From the NCBI GenBank assembly GCA_964057225.1, contig OZ059900.1, forward strand, positions 9,734,001 through 9,798,000: 64,000 nucleotides of DNA, read 5' to 3'. Positions 26,801 through 38,200 of this stretch are shown in pieces. The translations under genes and the position numbers were made by a program. The stretch comes from Auanema rhodensis. Lineage: Eukaryota; Animalia; Nematoda. The notes under the pieces are model-generated. The model saw nothing but the letters and a program-made list of their open reading frames with translations. It had not been told where the DNA came from and searched no databases. The stretch's first letter is position 1, and the number at the start of each line of letters is the position of its first letter.

Positions 26801-27197
26801 GCGAGGTTGCAGAAATTCACTGTTGCCAGTGACAGGTCCTACATTTTCTACTGTTTGAGGATAATTCCCCATGGGCAGCATTGACCAGGAACCATCAGTG
26901 CGCGGACATGAATGCTAAAACAAAACAAATGTGAAACAAGAAATTAGTATGAAAACATACTTGTCTAGGAGGTACAAACTGAGAAAAATGCGGAATATAG
27001 TTGTTATCAAAGGTTCTGCCACGACCATTCCCATAGTGACGACGACCATGAGAATAGAAGCGATATGGATGAGCACGCGCAGGCGCAAATCTCGAAGCAG
27101 AACGATAATATGAATTGTTCATTATGTTTACATCATCAGAATTGCGCGTATTTCGATAGTTGCAACGCCGATGAGAATGTCGACCGCGCTCAGCCAT
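23880..27197 (-). CDS. Large (~1000 aa) disordered orphan protein with R/G/Y/N-rich N-terminus and acidic [ST]P-containing repeats; about 5 exons
   Basis: 792-aa ORF 24503-26881; exon 1 MAERGRHSHRR..PPRQ|GTATGT splices in frame to HSCPRTDGSWSMLPMG; downstream exons ENLLVQPQ..MIK, KTRTDDRIQ..NVE and DTEEEDD..FPENQ* join by GT-AG (last acceptor uncertain). Confidence 0.8.
24990..25981 (-). repeat. Coding tandem repeat, 273-bp (91-aa) unit x ~3.6, each built of four ~23-aa subunits
   Basis: CTGGAGTATG recurs at 25141, 25414, 25687, 25960 (exact 273 spacing); protein unit starts EQxFHTPEH. Confidence 0.95.
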
Positions 27198-30160
27198 GAT
27201 TCGACTAAATATGAAAGTCAAATTGAAAAAGAAGGCGTTGCTTAGACCTGCCTTAGTTTGCAGCTGTTCAGGAAGTACTTAAGCGGATCACTGAGACTAA
27301 ATGCCAAAATATAATAATGAGTTAGAATGTCTCATATGAAATCATATGAAGAAATAAAATAAGAAGATATTTTAATTGCAATAATATATAAGTTTAGTTT
27401 AGAAATATTTTCAGACAATATTTTCAACTTTGAATAAAAAATTATGAAAAGATTCCTTCCAAAAGTCTAATTGAGATGTAGTCTGACTCTTTTCAAATAT
27501 GCATGAAAGAATTATAATTGAATTTATTTATAATTCGAAAAAGTTTTATAAAAAGAAGATCAAAATTTGAATTTCTCATGGAAATTAATAGAAATTCTTA
27601 ATAGATTTGTACTTTTATGAGATTGTATACAAGTTTATATGAATGAAAATCGTTTTTCAAATGAATATTTAGTATAAAATATAGTAGAATAGATTATAAA
27701 GCATGAAATTAAAAAATGAAATATAATTTTTCAACTGATTAAACAAAAAAATTTTTGTGTTTGAAATCTGATTTTCATTTTTTCGAAAAGACGACACGCC
27801 TACTTTGGTAGATAAACAAGACGTTTGGTGGATTATAACCAAAAACATAAATCAGTTGATGATCATTATATTAGCAAATAATAAGTAAAAATAGACAACC
27901 ATATCTTGATAAACAATGAAATATGGAGCTAATTAACAGATCCAGTAATTATTGAAGAAAATTTATAAAAAAAAATGAAATAATGAAATATGTGTTTTTG
28001 ATATGGCATAAAGTTACAGTAGGAAATATATTTCATTTCATAAGTTAACAAATTCTAAAATATCTGAATTTAATGAAGTTTATTATATTTATAAAAAGCT
28101 TATTAACGAGTAAATACTGAATATAGAGAGAAAATAGAAATGTCGGATAACTCTCTGAACATGTCAGTAAATTGGTCAATTAGACATTTCTTGCAAACAT
28201 TACATCAACAAATTATAAAAGAATAGGCTATGAGTTACAAGTTATTTGTTAACTTTATCGTTGATGAGCTAGGATATCATCTTGTTCATGTGGAACTGTA
28301 GTTTATCGAAATTTTCATTTGGTTCCATATCTTCTTCTAGTCAGAAAGAATGAAAGAAAAGGCAGATGGAATATTTATATTTTCGTATTATTTAATTTTC
28401 TGGATTACTTTTACAAACAAATAATATTAGAAATAATAATAATAATTATTATTATTATTGTGATTTAAATAAAAACAGCAGCATGTTTTTGTATTGCATA
28501 CGTTGTAAAAAACTTTTTAAAAGGTAAGCTTTGTAGACAGCAGAATAATAATGTACAGAAAAGGAGGTGAACATAGAGGTATTTCTTCATAAAAATAGTT
28601 TTTTAGATAAATCTTACAAAATAAAAAAACTGATTCCAAGTTTAAGAAAATAAAAATTTTAGAGATCAGCTTAAGAAAAAACAAAAATTCCGCCAAATTT
28701 ATTGAAGTGTAGAAGTGTTTGAATGCGAATTTGTTGTACAACTTTCTAGTTTTCTTGTGCACCATTTTGGGTGATCAATCATGAATCATTGTTTTGTTTC
28801 AGAAGATTTTCATTCATATTTTCATTTTTACGTGATGTGAGTGATAGTTTCATTACATATTTGAACATTTAAAAATATTAAATAGACCATTTGCATATGT
28901 ATCCGGAATGTTTCTGCCTGTGTGGTCTTACATGCTAAGAGTAGTAACATGATTGTCAATTATAACTGATTGGCACCAGAGATACAGGCTGACAACGGAA
29001 CTTTATAATTTCCTGTGATCTCTACACATTGAAAATACATTATCCCGCCTAATCTAGCAATTCATCCAATACTTTAAGTATCATAAGATAATCTATATAG
29101 TATATTTCTTATTGTTATTCTAGGATACTATTCAAAGCTAAATAGCATGTGTTTTATACTTTTCTTTTTAAATTATTCTCTATAATCACGTGCTTATAAC
29201 TTATCATCACAAAGAGATGATGATTCCTTAATACATGAATTAAGATTTGGATCTCGAGTTTCAATGATAATACCGCAATGTGAACAATGATTAGCTAATG
29301 AAGAGTTATTTTTCCAAACCATCTCGAAGAAGCAGCAAGGTTTGACTAATATTATTTCTGCAATTATATAATTATTTCTTTAATACTCATAGCAGTTGAT
29401 AATTCAATTGCAGCCATGATTCCTGAAACAATGCTTCTATTTTCAAATCTATAAGAAAATAAATTTGTTGGTCAGGGATAACTATGACTTGTTTTGTTCA
29501 GGATAGTCAGAAGTAATATTTAACAACGGAATATTGATATTCATTAAATATTTGTTGACAACAATTTGGCACATGGAAAGCTTCTGGCATGTAAATAATA
29601 ATTATAAATGTTAATATTATTTAAATAATATTAACAGACCGTATCGTAAGAAAAACTGAACAAAAAAATTTGAAATATTTTGTCATGTAAGCTACGTATA
29701 TAGGAATTGCAAAACGGACGGCATCAAGCTGGTCTAAATAAGATTTTATTGAGTAAAATCTGATGAATTATGAAAATTCTTCAAAATATCTTACAAAATT
29801 TTAAATAAATTGTAAAGATTCATCAAACAAGCTGTATGTACGCTGTATACAATACAAATTGAAAAATACGTAATTAGAGCATTTAATTAGTAACCAAACC
29901 TAACTCATGTACGGAATGCAGTATAATCATAAGATGTTGAATTTTTAGCTTCACTTCCGTTACAGGACGCTTTTGCTCCTTTTTGCCTTAATTTATTATG
30001 AAATAGCAGTAATATTTCTTAATTTATTATGAAATAGCAGCATTTCTCGTTAATTTTGGGAAACTTTCGTAATTTTATTTGATTTCTTGTTTTTAATTGA
30101 TTTAATTGATTTTAATTTTAATAAAGGTACTCATAGAGCTGAAGTTTGGTGCTTTTGAAG

Positions 30161-30853
30161 ATGTCTGCATTGGTTAGTCTCTATTAGTTCATCTGTCTGT
30201 AATTTTTATTTGTTTCAGGGCGAAAAAGCAGCATTTTACGAGCACGATAATATATTTCAAGTTGAGGAAGAAATATTCACGCGTGATCAAAGGGAACAAA
30301 TCGTTCATCGCACCTTCGAAATCAAAAATATTCGAGATCGGAAAGAGGATCGTGCTAAGCGGGTGCATTGCTTGCAGAAGGTCAACCCACGGCTGGTGAA
30401 AAGTACCAGAAAGAAGCTTTACGCACTGGATTTAATAGAAAGCGATATGATGTCCGATCTTCATTCAATCAATGATCTTTCATTAGACATGATTCGATTA
30501 AGAACGACGATTGGTAAGATCAGAACTCATATTCAAGAACAAACTCAGCATATGAATGAAGAAGAGAGATCAACTTACCTTATGCAAATGGAATATCGTA
30601 AATTTCATTCACTCGTATCGGAATACATGAATTTTTTCTGCAATCAACTTGTTCTTTTCATGAGAGCTCGTGAGCCAGTTCCTATTGAAATGGTGGAAGA
30701 GTTTATCGGTGCTCGTCATTATTTCTCCATCATGAGAAATGGCATGAAATCAACTTAGTGAGCTTTTAGCTTTTTTTTTGATTGTCATAATATTATATTT
30801 TCAGCCTGGAGAATTGCAAGCTGTTTGATAAGATCAGAGCAACCAACTATTGA
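30161..30853 (+). CDS. Uncharacterised helical protein, 'FCNQ' family member 1; exons 30161-30172, 30219-30757, 30805-30853
   Basis: MSAL|GEKAAF...MKST Y|LENCKLFDKIRATNY*; 46- and 47-nt GT-AG introns; AATAAA at 30911; motif MEYRKFHSLVSEYMNFFCNQ. Confidence 0.85.
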
Positions 30854-31257
30854 ACTGCATTTTCGATATAATTTTATATAATAAAATTATATATGATACT
30901 AATTGTTACTAATAAAACGTTTTTTTTAAATGCGTGATTGAAACATACAACGAAACTTTAAAACTTCTGAATTCTAAGTATTATCGTTTATAATATTTTC
31001 CGACATGATATTGGTCTCGAAAAGAAATTATTATAAATTCTCTTTTTTTTTCAAAAATTGGGCAAAACATCTATGATATAGTATTAAGCAAGCTCGCAGT
31101 CTTTAATCTCTTGTTTCTCAATTGTGAACAAATCTATATACATTTACATGAGACATAGTTACAACACCATGGTTTCAAATGAAAAAAACCCAAAAATGAG
31201 AAATAATATGTTGGAATCGCTACGTTAAAAAACAAAAAACATGGCCCTTGGCATTTA

Positions 31258-31866
31258 ATGTCAATGTTTTCTCAGCTTTTAGCCATTTTCCTATTTTTCT
31301 GTATAATAAGCGAAATACAATCTGAGGTAAACATTTCATTTTTAATAATTACGTTTTGCTGTTTTCAGAAATTGTTCAGTTTAAAGTTTGATTATCAACC
31401 TGTTACTACTTATCATTTTAAATTGAAATCAGCTACGGGTTTTAACATGACCTTTGCATCCAGTTATGACGTGAATATTATTCAATTTGTGTTGGGAAAT
31501 TACAAGGTTGGATTGTTATTTATTTATTTCTTGAAGTTTATGGTCTAATTCAAGATTTTGCATACGAGTTTGATGGGAACCAAAATGGAAAAAGGAATGG
31601 TTTCATTGCCAACTACTTTTTACACTGGTACTGAAAATTGGACTATTCATTATTTTGATAACAAATCTTTTACCGGATTTGTGGTAAACGTTGATCTAGT
31701 AAAGCTGTAATACATTTTGTGTATTCAGATGTTTACGGATTATTCCAATACAAATGTGACAATTCCGATAAAAACTAGTTGGACATACGACAAACTGGCG
31801 ACACTGAAGTTTACTGCCGTAGGAGGATACTTTATGAAATATGTTAAAACATGCAAGTCAGGATGA
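31258..31866 (+). CDS. Secreted beta-strand-rich protein, 157 aa, copy A; exons 31258-31326, 31369-31506, 31555-31683, 31729-31866
   Basis: Signal peptide MSMFSQLLAIFLFFCIISEIQS; three phase-0 introns (42, 48, 45 nt); frame conserved in the diverged paralog; N-glycosylation sequons NMT, NWT, NKS, NVT. Confidence 0.85.
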
Positions 31867-32493
31867 TTTTGAAAAGTCAATCAGAAAAGTAATGACAGAT
31901 TCAATTATAAAAGTGTTTTCCACATGTCAAGCTAAGCTGTAATTTGTAAAACTTTTGTATTACTGTATTCCACCTAAAGTTGAAAGCCAGAGAGTCATAT
32001 TCATTACTTAATGCTTAATATCTCATAGATAATTAAAGTGTTTTCAGACAAAATTAATGAAATTTCGATATATTTTTCTATACTTCAATAGATCTTTAGC
32101 ATTTCTTTATATTTTTTAGTTGAAATCAAATGCTGTGTATAAGGCTTACGTAATATATTTGTACTTTGGTACATTGTCTGACAGACGACTTTCTTATTTG
32201 CAAGTTGAATGTTGAGCAGAGTTTTTAACTATTTCGTGTTTGTTAGTTAATTTGTTATTTCTATAATAATTAGAAATAAGCGCAGATATTCAACAAAATT
32301 ATGAATTGGTTTAGAAGATCTGATCTTATTTTGGCATTTTTGAAAGTCAATTGTTATTCTAAGTCCAATTAACAATTTAATGTTTCACGTTTCACGGAAT
32401 ACCTGAAGCAATAAAAACCTCGTATACGTTCCGCATCCATATTACTTCAGATATGCTCTACTATCTCCCATATAACTTATAATTAATAAACAT

Positions 32494-32616
32494 TTAGTTA
32501 TGAACCATAGGAAGAGTTACACATATTGAAAGTACTGCAACAAGTGAGAATGCTACAGCAGCATATGATACAAAGCGATAAGCATTAATGTGATGACCAA
32601 GATCTTCGTTAGACAT
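32494..32616 (-). pseudogene. Truncated cuticle collagen 5' fragment, head-to-head with the intact collagen
   Basis: Reads [40 protein letters not shown]; nucleotide-identical to the intact gene from GCTTATCGC to CATAACTA, then similarity stops; no Gly-X-Y downstream. Confidence 0.9.
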
Positions 32617-32651
32617 GATTTAGTCTGCTGTTGCATAATAGTTTCAAAGTC

Positions 32652-33059
32652 TTTATATACCCGTCATTTTCATGCGAAAACTGTGTAGAAAACTGCTTTC
32701 ACTACAATATTTGTTTGTTTCTCCTTCACTACCTGTTGTAGAGGTTCAATGTTGCAAAGAGTATCGAAATCTATATAAAGTTTTTGTTTCGATTATGTAA
32801 AAAACAAGATTTAAATATGAAACAGAAGATATTAAAGTTTTATTACATATGGTAACAATTCAGTACAACTTTTAGTTTTTTTTGATGGATGAGCATGGGA
32901 TCTGAAAAGATATATTCATTTAGTATTTAATTAAACATTAAACTATGCTTTTGATTTTCTCTTTTAATTACCCAACTATAAAAATAATTACACATGATAG
33001 CTTTCTCACTATTTTAAGTTTCATTTAAGTTTCTTCCGTATTTGAAAATCTTATATAAA
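32652..33059. promoter_or_regulatory. Bidirectional collagen promoter with two outward-facing TATA boxes
   Basis: TATATAAA on - at 32652-32659 (36 nt from ATG 32616) and on + at 33052-33059 (35 nt from ATG 33094). Confidence 0.65.
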
Positions 33060-33093
33060 GAAGGCAATAACTTCAAAGCAAACCAAGGGCATC

Positions 33094-34142
33094 ATGTCTT
33101 ACGATCTTGGTCATCGCATTAAAGCTTATCGCTTTGTATCATATGCTGCTGTAGCATTCTCACTTGTTGCAGTACTTTCAATATGTGTAACTCTTCCTAT
33201 GGTTCATAACTATGTGTACCATGTAAAGAGATCAATGAACAGAGAAATTCAGTTCTGCAAAGTAAGTGCTTTCCTTCATTTTCTTCTTTTTTCGACTTCT
33301 TCATATACATTGTTTATTAATATTTTCTCTTTTAGTCTTCTGCTAAGGATATTTGGACTGAAGTCAATCATTTGAAAGATGCTCCAAGAAACAGAACTGC
33401 TCGCCAAGCAGGATATGAAGTCGATGAAGGAGTTCAACAAGACCCTCCACGTGGTGGAAGAAATGGATATGTAAAGCCAGGAAACTGCAATGCTTGCTGT
33501 CTTCCAGGACCACAAGGTCCAGCTGGAACTCCAGGAAGACCAGGAACTCCAGGAAGACCAGGAGCCCCAGGAATGCCAGGAAACCCAGGAAAGCCATCTC
33601 AGACTCCATGCAATCCAATCACTCCTCCACCATGCAAGCCATGCCCTGCTGGACCACCAGGACCACCAGGAGCTCCAGGACCAGCTGGAGATGCCGGAAT
33701 CCCAGGAAACCCAGGACAAGATGGCGGATTTGCTCTTCCAGGACATCCAGGACCAAAGGGACCACCAGGACCATCAGGATCACCAGGAGCTCCAGGACAA
33801 CCAGGACAACCAGGACAAGATGCTCCAAATGAGTACCCAGTCCCAGGACCACCAGGACCAGCTGGACCACAAGGACCACCAGGACCATCCGGACAACCAG
33901 GACAACCAGGACAAGATGGACAACCTGGTTAGACTTGCTTTTCAGAACTAAGATAATAGAGATTTTTAGGACAAGCTGGACCAAAGGGACCAAATGGACA
34001 ACCAGGAAACCCAGGACCAGACGGTAACCCAGGAACTCCAGGACAAGCTGGACAACCAGGAGGACCAGGAGAGAAGGGAATTTGCCCCAAGTACTGCGCT
34101 ATCGACGGAGGAGTCTTCTTCGAAGACGGAACCAGACGCTAA
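33094..34142 (+). CDS. Nematode cuticle collagen (col-1/dpy-13/col-34-like group); exons 33094-33261, 33336-33927, 33970-34142
   Basis: Col_cuticle_N-type start ([27 protein letters not shown]), RTAR furin-like site, CNACCLPG, Gly-X-Y blocks, TPPPCKPCP interruption, [24 protein letters not shown]. Confidence 0.98.
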
Positions 34143-34466
34143 ATCTCACATCTCAAATAAACATTTCAATCTTATATGCTTTATGAATTTCAACACTTTG
34201 GCACAGGGGCTCAAATCTATTTGATTCTGACTATGATGCATCTACAAACATTTTTGTTGCCTAGATTGAGTTATTTGAAATCTCATATGCGTTTTCATTT
34301 TTTTATAGAAACCACTGTTGATGAAAGAGTTGTATACTATATAACTAGTTGAAAATCAATTTATTAAAAAACTAAAAACATGAAAAACAAATCACAGAAT
34401 GAGAATAACATGATTAGACAACTAGAGAAACAGGATAGCTTGACATGGTATTATCCTTCTTCATAT

Positions 34467-35013
34467 CTATGGTTTAATATCACTTCTAAAATTATTATAC
34501 TTTAGTAATTATACGTATAGTTATGAAAACTTACACATTTTCGTTGATATTTGACAACATTCTCTTGAAATATGCACAAGTTTCTTGAAATTCGTCCAAT
34601 AACGTGATTGGGATTGGAATTCCAGCTTCGTTTAAAACATTAATTTGATTACAAAAGAAATTTATATATTCATGCTGAAGAGAATAAAGTTTCCTAAATT
34701 CCATTTTGCAAAGTTCAACGTCTTTCTGCTTTGGATTGGTTTTCTTTAGTAATTCCGCTTCGATTCTAGCTTTCATCTCAGCTATCCGACTTTTTGTATT
34801 TGCGACTTCAAGCAATTTGTGTTGGTTTCGCAATTTTTGGGTTTTGATCTCCTGCCTAAGTGTAGTTATTTCATCATAAAGTTCATCAAATTTGGCTTCA
34901 TCAACAGTAGAATCAGATTCAAGAGCTTCGAGATCTATTGGATAAAACAAATCTTCAAACGTCTCCTAAGAATATATTATTCACAAGAAAATAGAAAAAC
35001 AGTAACAAACCAT
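34467..35013 (-). CDS. 'FCNQ' family member 2 (short, coiled-coil N-half); exons 35013-35011, 34965-34535, 34485-34467
   Basis: M|ETFEDLFYP...NINENV|SDIKP*; ATG-only first exon, 45- and 49-nt introns; motif MEFRKLYSLQHEYINFFCNQINVLNEAGIPIP. Confidence 0.8.
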
Positions 35014-35838
35014 ATTGAATTATAAATAAAATTAGCAGAAGATGGATAGATGACAACTCAGTTAATTATAGAAAATAATACAAAGAAATCAAAAAATATA
35101 TTTGGTATACGATTCAAATATTATATTTTGATCCCGCGCATGAGCAGGGCGCTAATTACATTGAACTTCAAGCACATCAGGTCACCGTATTTAAGGAGAA
35201 AACAAAACTAGGCGATCCTGGTGATCATACTATATAGAAACGAATTTCATTGGGAGAACAATATCTAACTCCAACTTATGGGCGATATTGGCAAAAAAAT
35301 GTTCATGATTCACTATGTGATGTACTCTGTAGAACATAGACTCTATTCACACCCATATGCGGTACGTTGAAGAGATTTTTGTTCTATAGTCACATGATTA
35401 ACAAGTAAAATCTTCATCGCTACGGGTCTAACAAGACCCTATATTAATTTTTGGATTCTCACTATTCTTATAGTGAGGAAAATATTAATTTGTTACCGTA
35501 ATTCATGGGAAAACCAGAAGTATTATTTCAAAACTTGAAAGTTGAAATCTAAACTAGAGTAAACACTGATTATATATTCTTTGACTTTCGATAATGACAT
35601 AACATGATAAACATTATATAATTAATTCTCCAATTATGGAATGAGAATTGTTAATTACCAGAAAATTTTTGAAAATTTGTCCATTCTTCATCATTATTTC
35701 CACTGTTTCATTCAGAATCACACATTCATTTCTTTCTTATATTTTTCTTTATTTTCTCTTCTATAGTTATACTAATTTTTTACAGGCAAACAAAATCGAC
35801 TATATTCACACTCTACAGTATAATAAACTATATTTAGC

Positions 35839-36519
35839 ATGGTTAACTATTTTGCTTTCATAATTGCTTTAATATATTGAATTTTAGTCATTCAGAAGTC
35901 GTTCCCGCCGTAATTATAATCAATTCATCAATAGTAAAAAGGGCTACGATCAAAACTTGGAAAAAGTTATTTCTGCTCACAAAAGAAATTTTACAAGAAT
36001 TTCTGATGAGAGACGATATCGCAATGAACTGCTTTACATTGTGAAACAGTTGGATCCAGATATCGCTAAACGAATGGTAGAAATAAATTCTATTTTGAAT
36101 AAGAGGGGTGATAACCTTCTTAACGAGTTTCTTTTCAAAAATCTAGTAACTGTTGAAGTGAACAATGCCAAACACAAGGCGCTTCGGATGAAAAAAATGG
36201 TTGAGCTCAAGGTACTGAACATGACAGTCGAGGAAAGATTCGCATACTATATGCAACTTGAATACCGAAAACTGTTTTTATTGATAACAGGTTATATGAG
36301 ATTCTTGTGCAATCAAGCAAACCAATTTCTTCAAGCTGGTGTTCTTCCTCCGCCTGGGTTTTTGAAAGAGTTTTCTTCGTTCAGAGCTCATTTCCAGAAA
36401 GTGAAAACATATTTGACGACAAGAAGGTAACTGCTTAACTGTTTTTAACAATATTTCAAAATTTGTTTTCTAGCGATGCTCTACGTCTATTATTTTCTGA
36501 GAGGAGACATAATCCGTGA
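35839..36519 (+). CDS. 'FCNQ' family member 3; exons 35839-35841, 35888-36426, 36474-36519
   Basis: M|SFRSRSRRNYNQF...YLTTRS|DALRLLFSERRHNP*; ATG-only first exon; motif LEYRKLFLLITGYMRFLCNQANQFLQAGVLPP. Confidence 0.8.
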
Positions 36520-37639
36520 AATATTCTTATATTTTGAGTTTTTTGCTTTGTATTGATGTTCAATGAAATGTTTCTTCAAACATTAATGATACAAATTCAT
36601 TCACCTTCAACCACATAATTAGTGAATATGAGAGAGAGAGATTAATGAATAAATTATGATAAAATGAAATTATATCCAATGCTAATGCTAGTATTGATAA
36701 TTTGAAAATATCCCCCAACGCTTCTCAAACTGATAAATTGAAATTAGAATACAATTAACAGATAAATATTATTGTTTACTTCATGATTATATATTATAAT
36801 TTTTATTTAATTGGAATCTTATTAATCACCTAAATTCATCCAATGCTTTCAAATCTTTCTATTCATCTATGAAGAAAAGATTTTCAGTTTTTAATAAGAT
36901 TTTATTCTCAAAATTGTGAGAAGAACGTTGTGTATCCTTCAATTGGATAATAACAAAGATAGACATAGATAATAAGATACGGTATCAGATATAAACCATG
37001 TCATCGAAGTTATGCAAAACATCTTTCGTTGTAGTGATCTATCAAACCCGTAAAATTTATTTTTGGATTCTCACACAAACACCAAGTGAGAAGTATATGA
37101 AGCAAATCTTATTGTTGTTTAAAAATCAATAAAAACGGTAATAAATCTACCGTATGAAAACCATTTGAAAACCAAAAATGGTTTTTCCTGGCGCGCAAGG
37201 TTATGTTTACGTGACAGTTACTACTATTGTTCATGTGGTATTTAAGTTATAATAATGACAGAACAATACACGTCTGGTAACCTTTTATGAGAAAATAACA
37301 GAGATATTTCTGCATGAGTCATTCATTCCCATCTAGTTCCTTTTTTTCTTTTTGGCAATGGTATCGTTACGCACACTCCGTGCCCTCTTTCCCAATGATC
37401 AGAAAGCTATTATCTTTCGAAATACAATTAAATATGTTTATTTCTCTGCTGGTACATGAACTCGCACAGATGAGAGTCTGTATTTTTGAGTAAAAAAACC
37501 CATTTGCTCTCATGATTATCTGATTGGGGGGAGTAGGCGAAACGATCCGAAACCAGCCCTTCTTTTCTTTTCAGTTTTTTTTTCAGTTTAAACAACTGAA
37601 TTGTGACCATTTTTAACAAGCTGATTACCTATATATAGC

Positions 37640-38200
37640 ATGGTTAATCCTCTTTGTTAATATTCGTGTTAATTAAAGGATTCCAGACGTTCAGAGAAAT
37701 ATTCCCTGCTCATTATGAACAATTTCTCATTAATAAGAGATTTTATTTTTAGAATCAGAAACATATGATAGCCATCTAAGAAACATTGCGATAATTTCTG
37801 CTGAAAGGCGACATCGTAGTGAGCTGGTCTATATCGGCCAGCACTTGGAGCCACCTATCGTTCCTCGAATGAAAGATTTTTATTTTGAAATAGATGCTAA
37901 TTAAGATACAAGAGAAGGTTGCTTCGTGAGAATCATATGAACAATTACTGATAGTTGAAATACGTTAAATACAAAAAAAAAGGCTCAGAAGAGAGCAATG
38001 ATGGAAATTAAAACTGAAGATATTAGTATGCAAGACAGCTTCGTATACCTCATTTTCGGCATTGAGAATTGTTTTGAACATTTCATCTGCTTCGAATTAT
38101 ACTAAAAAATTGTTCATCAGTGATAAAATTTATCATTTCTTTTCGGAGATTAGACTTAATTGGTGAACTATTAATTTCCTTTCTACTGTTCTTAGTGCGC
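37640..38200 (+). pseudogene. 'FCNQ' family pseudogene (paralog of member 3)
   Basis: TAGCATG|GTTAA first exon as in member 3; TFREIFPAHYEQFLINKRFYF*N, SHLRNIAIISAERRHRSELVYIGQHLEPPIVPRM and KKKAQKRAMMEIKTEDISMQDSFVY align to member 3 (SFRSRSRRNYNQFINSKKGYDQN, AHKRNFTRISDERRYRNELLYIVKQLDPDIAKRM, KHKALRMKKMVELKVLNMTVEERFAY) but with stops and frameshifts. 3' end approximate. Confidence 0.8.

Larger units (their letters stand above)
29740..32115 (+). repeat. Direct segmental duplication, copy A (two-gene cassette)
   Basis: Near-identical to 38514-41019 from GTAAAATCTGATG.ATTATGAAAATTC to GATCTTT.GCATTTCT.TATATTTT. Confidence 0.95.

Noticed and set aside
28880-29450. Cys-containing - strand fragments incl. 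GYICKW suggestive of a C-type lectin relic
   Set aside because: Frames are broken and other CTL motifs are not found; insufficient support.
32963-32975. TTTAATTACCCAA, partial match to the SL1 leader
   Set aside because: Only 13 AT-rich nt; no donor site, Sm site or rest of the SL RNA.
33276-34224. Multiple overlapping ORFs over the collagen
   Set aside because: Alternative frames of GGA-CCA-rich Gly-X-Y codons.
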